From contig JBBRCZ010000016.1 in assembly GCA_038204425.1 (NCBI GenBank), forward strand, positions 1 to 51,675: 51,675 nt of DNA, given 5' to 3'. Under the pieces are notes generated by a model. The model was not told the origin of the DNA. It did not search any database and was given only the letters and a program-made list of their open reading frames with translations. Shown in pieces: positions 47,688 through 51,675 of this stretch (position 1 is the stretch's first letter; the number at the start of each line of letters is the position of its first letter). The position numbers and the translations under genes are program-made. The stretch comes from Spirochaetia bacterium. GTDB taxonomy: Bacteria; Spirochaetota; Spirochaetia; DSM-27196; Salinispiraceae.

Positions 47688-48377
47688 TTAACGCACGACC
47701 TTTAGGTTAAACAAAGGCGTCTGCACGTTGGACCAAGTTCTCAACCACAAAGCCAAGTACATTTCCGTGCCGCGAGCTGTTGTAATGTCGCCAAGATCCA
47801 AAACATCGCTCCACAAAAAACCCTCTTTTAAGAGCTTTACGACTACTGCTTTGGCGTCAGCATCGTTGCCACTGACGAATATGGTGTGGTCGCCATTGGC
47901 CAGCTTTTTTGGATTGACCATCAGCTCAGCAGTTAGCGTATTGAGCGTCTTAACAACTTTGAGCTTTGGAAAAGCACTTTGAATCTGCTCAGCCAAGCTG
48001 TCGGTGTTGCAAACGAAAAGTGAAGGTGGCATACCTTTGGTGAAATCGAGCGGGTTTGACAAGTCGATTAGGACTTTGGATGCCAAATTGGCTTCGCCAG
48101 CTGCCTGCAAGGCCTGCAAACTTGCGTATCCGCTGGTAGCGTTGACGATAAGCTCGGCTGCGGCCGCAGCATCGGCAAAGCTCGTCAACGTTGCTTGCGA
48201 ATGCGCTGCCAGCCACTGGGAAAAGGGAGGCGTTCCCATGCCGTCACTGTCTTTATTGTCTATGGTTTTCTGCACATCACGTGTGCCCACCAAGACCTGG
48301 TGCCCAAGCTCCACTAGCTTGCCGGCAATTGTTCTTCCTACCGTTCCGGTTCCGAGTACCGCTATAGTCATGACCAT
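47688..48377 (-). CDS. F420-dependent NADP oxidoreductase-family (F420_oxidored) protein
   Basis: IAVLGTGTVG, LIDLSNPLDF, SLAEQIQ..FP..KVVKTLNT and DLGDITTARGTE. Confidence 0.88.
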   Translation of the reverse strand: MVMTIAVLGTGTVGRTIAGKLVELGHQVLVGTRDVQKTIDNKDSDGMGTPPFSQWLAAHSQATLTSFADAAAAAELIVNATSGYASLQALQAAGEANLASKVLIDLSNPLDFTKGMPPSLFVCNTDSLAEQIQSAFPKLKVVKTLNTLTAELMVNPKKLANGDHTIFVSGNDADAKAVVVKLLKEGFLWSDVLDLGDITTARGTEMYLALWLRTWSNVQTPLFNLKVVR

Positions 48378-48392
48378 CTCTCCTTAGGGTCC

Positions 48393-49655
48393 TTAAGATT
48401 GCTTTTTCTTTATGAAGTCAACAATAGCTGGCGTCATAATTTGAATGGTATGTTTGATGCTCTCGCGCAGTGCCGGCCGAGAGATAAAATCTCCGCCGTC
48501 GAGGCGGCGACTAAGTAGCGCTTCGATTCGATCCAGACGCTGCCCCAGATCGGCTGAGCCTTGGCTGTGACTACTACTGCCAGCCTGATACGACGCGCCG
48601 CGTTCCAAGGCGTCGCTGTTGCGAGAGACAACCTTGGCAAGGGCGTCAATCTCATCTTCGTCTTCGTCAATTTCCAAGCTACCATCTTCGTCGCGTCTAG
48701 CTTCGGCCTCTTGACGAAGCAAAGTGTAGTCTTGGGCATCAAGGGAATCGATGATGAGCTGCACTACCCGCATATCGCGAGCAAAAGTGGCCCCCATGTA
48801 GAAGATCAGCAGAACAAGAATGCCAATTAGGGTCAAAACCATTATCAGCATCATACTATCGTGACTGCGAACCAAATTGTCGGCACGCAGAATAAGGCAG
48901 CTACGCGGCAGGGTTAGACTTGCATTGACAGCAACGAGCTCACCCGGTTTGGCAAAATCGAGCACTATCAAGAAGGTAAATTCTTGATCATTAGGAAAAA
49001 CAAGCGTCTCCAGTTGGGCAAAAGTCTGGGCCGTTCCGCTTCCGCTAAAGGCTTGGCCATCGTTAAGGTAAGCCACAACGGCTTGTGGGTCCAAAGCAAC
49101 GGTAGCCTCGAGATCCCCTTGGCTCAAACTATACTGAGCACGCCATTGTGACTTGAGATTATCCTCCAAAACACCGGCAAAGAAGACATCCATGGCTGCA
49201 ATTCCCACGATGTAAACCAAGACAATGCTGACTCCGATCTTCATAATCCTGGTCTGGATAAAGGGACTGTTGGCTCTCATTTTGCGCAAGAAACTAAAAA
49301 TGCGCAAAAATCTAAGCAAGCGCACCAACTTAAAAAAGCGCCCAACTCTAACAAATTTAAAGATCTTAAAGATCGGTGAATAAGTTAACAAAGCCAATAA
49401 GCCCGGCAAGCTCGCCAAAAAGTCTACCCAGCCAAACCCCTTGCCCAGATATTTGCCCACCGGAAAGCAAAAGAGTCTGACGACAAAATCCAGCAGGAAT
49501 ATGATGTCAATTATGCGGTTAAACGTCAAAACGTAGTGTTTGAGCTCGGTAAACTCCAGACACAAGCCAATAACCGAGACCAGAATTAAATAGGGATTGA
49601 CCGCATCGATTACGTTAACGAGACCAGCAGCGCGCGGGTGAGGTTTTACTATCAT
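48393..49655 (-). CDS. voltage-sensor (S1-S4) domain membrane protein without pore; extracytoplasmic domain plus HAMP-like tail
   Basis: IFLLDFVVR (S2), WVDFLASLP (S3), KIFKFVRVGRFFKLVRLLRFLR (S4); two further TMs flanking about 100 aa; no TVGYG-like filter. Confidence 0.75.
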   Translation of the reverse strand: MIVKPHPRAAGLVNVIDAVNPYLILVSVIGLCLEFTELKHYVLTFNRIIDIIFLLDFVVRLFCFPVGKYLGKGFGWVDFLASLPGLLALLTYSPIFKIFKFVRVGRFFKLVRLLRFLRIFSFLRKMRANSPFIQTRIMKIGVSIVLVYIVGIAAMDVFFAGVLEDNLKSQWRAQYSLSQGDLEATVALDPQAVVAYLNDGQAFSGSGTAQTFAQLETLVFPNDQEFTFLIVLDFAKPGELVAVNASLTLPRSCLILRADNLVRSHDSMMLIMVLTLIGILVLLIFYMGATFARDMRVVQLIIDSLDAQDYTLLRQEAEARRDEDGSLEIDEDEDEIDALAKVVSRNSDALERGASYQAGSSSHSQGSADLGQRLDRIEALLSRRLDGGDFISRPALRESIKHTIQIMTPAIVDFIKKKQS

Positions 49656-50848
49656 GACTTTCCTTCCTGTTCATATTGCTGGTTAAACATGTCAACCTGA
49701 GTCAAAAGGTCGGCATTGAGTGACAGGTATTTTTTGAGTGTAGTCTGAATTTGGCGCGACTCCATTTTGTATTGAGCGATCTTGCCCATGGCCAGATTTA
49801 TGCTGTTGCCAACTAGCAAACCAATCCGCTCATCGCTTTTGTAAAGCTTCTTCAGCTTTTCTTTTTGCTCGTCAGGTGACTGTTGAAATTTCTTGTTTAT
49901 CTCCAGTACTTGGGTCAAAAGCAGAAGAAAGAAGGTGTAGTTAAAGACGATACTTGCGTAGTAAAGCTCCCTAAATCTACCGAGCTTATCGTCAAGGAAG
50001 TTTGCTAGTGAAGTAGAAAGACACATTGCCTCCCTTGAATCAGAACTCGCTTTAGAAAAAAGAATATAGAAGGCAAACAAACCCAAAAGCTCTTCGCTTG
50101 ACTCGCCCCTTTGCTGACACGTCAATTCAATAAATCGCCTTGCCTTGTGTTGAAACTTAGTTACATCGGTACCCAAGAGCAGGCTTACTATGGGTGTGTT
50201 AAAACGCCTATCCTTAATCTGCTCGGCAATTGCCGCCAACAATACGGGCCTGGCCGGTCCTTTGGCGGTGTTGAGTTTGGCAATGAGGTCGGGGCTTAGC
50301 CCATAGTTGCTTTCTGCTGCTTTTAGCAGGACTTCTGCCAGAGCTTCGGGGTTGGGTCTGTTATCGCTTGCGCCAGCATTGCTAGCGCGCTCGTTTGCCA
50401 GCGCATTGATTTTGAGCAGGTTAAAGTACAGCACCGTGTCTTCGTTACTTAGACCAACGGCCTCGCGCTGCAAGTTTTCTATCAAGCCCTGTTCTCTAAT
50501 AGGATTGAGGCGCGCAAAATTTACACCCTTGAGCTTGGCGCGAAAAAGATCTTTGTTGATCAAAATCTTTTCTTCGGGCAAAAAATTGCTCAGTTCTGTT
50601 TCAGGATTAGTCTTGTCCAATCCGCGCGTAAGGATAATCGGCAACTTGGGATCACGAGGACTCAGTTGCCGCGCCTTGAGGTCTTCGTTTCTTCTGAGCC
50701 AACTCGTCTGTATAAGCTTGACCAGCTCTTGGCCATCCTTACCAGTGCCTGAGGCAAGATTCTTAATAACCTCTTGCGGGACAAATTTATCCGCTATCAA
50801 TACATCAACTATTGCTTCTGCAAATGCAGTTACATTCTCAATTTCCAT
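49652..50848 (-). CDS. hypothetical alpha-helical protein
   Basis: 398-aa ORF, AGGA RBS, ATGA overlap with the voltage-sensor gene. Confidence 0.8.
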   Translation of the reverse strand: MEIENVTAFAEAIVDVLIADKFVPQEVIKNLASGTGKDGQELVKLIQTSWLRRNEDLKARQLSPRDPKLPIILTRGLDKTNPETELSNFLPEEKILINKDLFRAKLKGVNFARLNPIREQGLIENLQREAVGLSNEDTVLYFNLLKINALANERASNAGASDNRPNPEALAEVLLKAAESNYGLSPDLIAKLNTAKGPARPVLLAAIAEQIKDRRFNTPIVSLLLGTDVTKFQHKARRFIELTCQQRGESSEELLGLFAFYILFSKASSDSREAMCLSTSLANFLDDKLGRFRELYYASIVFNYTFFLLLLTQVLEINKKFQQSPDEQKEKLKKLYKSDERIGLLVGNSINLAMGKIAQYKMESRQIQTTLKKYLSLNADLLTQVDMFNQQYEQEGKS

Positions 50849-50904
50849 ATCCTAAGGTTACTGCATGACGCAATGACCAAGCAAGGCGTATTTTGCCAAA
50901 AAAA

Positions 50905-51336
50905 TCATTGCAAAGATGCACAACCAAATAGTACCCCAGCGGCAACACACCAAATCAAAACAGAGTTAAAGTCGTCTAAATCGGTATCAGCGGGTATGTT
51001 ATAGAGAAAGCTGCCCGACAAGGCAATTAGATCACCTAAGTCAAGAAACTGACTCGCAGATTTATCCTTTTTCAAATAGACATTGAGGTCAGGACCATTT
51101 ACGGTAGAAAAATTCGAAAAAACCAGTTGGCGATCGCCATTTGCTGTGACATTTAAGCTGACACTTCCACTGGTGGCATGGCCTGGGGTGCCAGTAAAGT
51201 TTGCCTGCTTGGAACTTATTGCTGGCAATGTAGTTTCGGTTCTAGTTGAAGTCAAGAGGGGGCCAGGTTGGCAGGCGACTAGGCTCGTTACCAAAACCGC
51301 AACAACTATGAAATTGATTGATAATCGATTTGTCAT
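50905..51336 (-). CDS. DM13-domain lipoprotein
   Basis: Lipobox LVAC; HATSGSV...NGPDLNVYL...DLGDL...YNIP...VLIWC....VLFG. Confidence 0.88.
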   Translation of the reverse strand: MTNRLSINFIVVAVLVTSLVACQPGPLLTSTRTETTLPAISSKQANFTGTPGHATSGSVSLNVTANGDRQLVFSNFSTVNGPDLNVYLKKDKSASQFLDLGDLIALSGSFLYNIPADTDLDDFNSVLIWCVAAGVLFGCASLQ

Positions 51337-51422
51337 AACTAAACTCCCTTAACCTGTATTATAGTAGAGTTTTGGATTTCTGTCTTTGGAAAATTTGACC
51401 CAACCCAACCACAAAAATCAGC

Positions 51423-51653
51423 CGAACAGTTAGCTCTCGCACTTGTGGCGAGAATTTTCTTACTCTGCCCATGCCTACGAATCCACTCGCTCTTTTGATC
51501 CTCGGGCAGACTTTTGCCCTCAAGCAAGAGTGATAACTTTGCCCCTGGACTGCGTTGATCAGGCGTCACTGCATCAGCACCATCCAAAGATTGCTTACCC
51601 TATGGCATACTTCATTCAGTTTCGCCCTCCTACTGGCGAAAACTATCTTGACA
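51423..51653 (-). mobile_element. second internally deleted IS3-family element (about 231 bp)
   Basis: IRL TGTCAAGATAGTTTTCGC; degenerate IRR CGAACAGTTAGCTCTCGC (11/18); AGGAGG then ATG MKYAIG; OrfA fragment PDQRSPGAKLSLLLEGKSLPEDQKSEWIRRHG. Confidence 0.65.
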
Positions 51654-51675
51654 GGTATTGTCCTGGCATCATCTA

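Noticed and set aside
47688..48377. Evidence for F420 metabolism
   Set aside because: This family is widespread in bacteria lacking F420, and no F420 biosynthesis genes are in the window.
40247..51653. Composite transposon carrying araBAD between the two IS3 relics
   Set aside because: The two elements have different IR sequences and retain different orfA parts; no flanking target duplication is seen.

Overview
Bacterial chromosomal segment, most consistent with a free-living anaerobic spirochaete. This is an inference from the fliS-flgN pair, the spirochaete-type propeller/deacetylase protein and many lipoproteins. The left edge is the promoter/leader (sigma70 promoter plus boxA) of an rRNA operon that runs off the window. 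Core modules, left to right: flgN-fliS; a Sec-signal AHH nuclease with an Imm11-like immunity gene; PIN-PhoH; a tetrameric group A3 [FeFe]-hydrogenase operon (hndA-HATPase-hndB-hndC-hndD), divergent from rex-DRTGG-DRTGG-RsbT-like kinase-putative sensory hydrogenase; an M23 peptidase; class II ribonucleotide reductase with NrdR boxes and DnaA-like boxes; tyrS; a copA-csoR copper operon; an AraC/NmrA pair; an adenylate cyclase; a CDF transporter; a 1100-aa modular beta-helix/CBM/ricin lipoprotein with a divergent AraC; an eroding accessory region (ric and DUF1761 pseudogenes, a mini-IS3 element, MliC); and araBAD-lacI. Near the right end is an operon encoding a pore-less voltage-sensor-domain/receptor chimera, followed by a second mini-IS3 element. 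Most notable are the voltage-sensor receptor with its coupled partner, Rex with a 4-Cys insertion, the standalone secreted AHH toxin/immunity pair, the layered nrdJ leader, and a probable ATT start codon. All calls come from manual motif recognition; no database searches were run.
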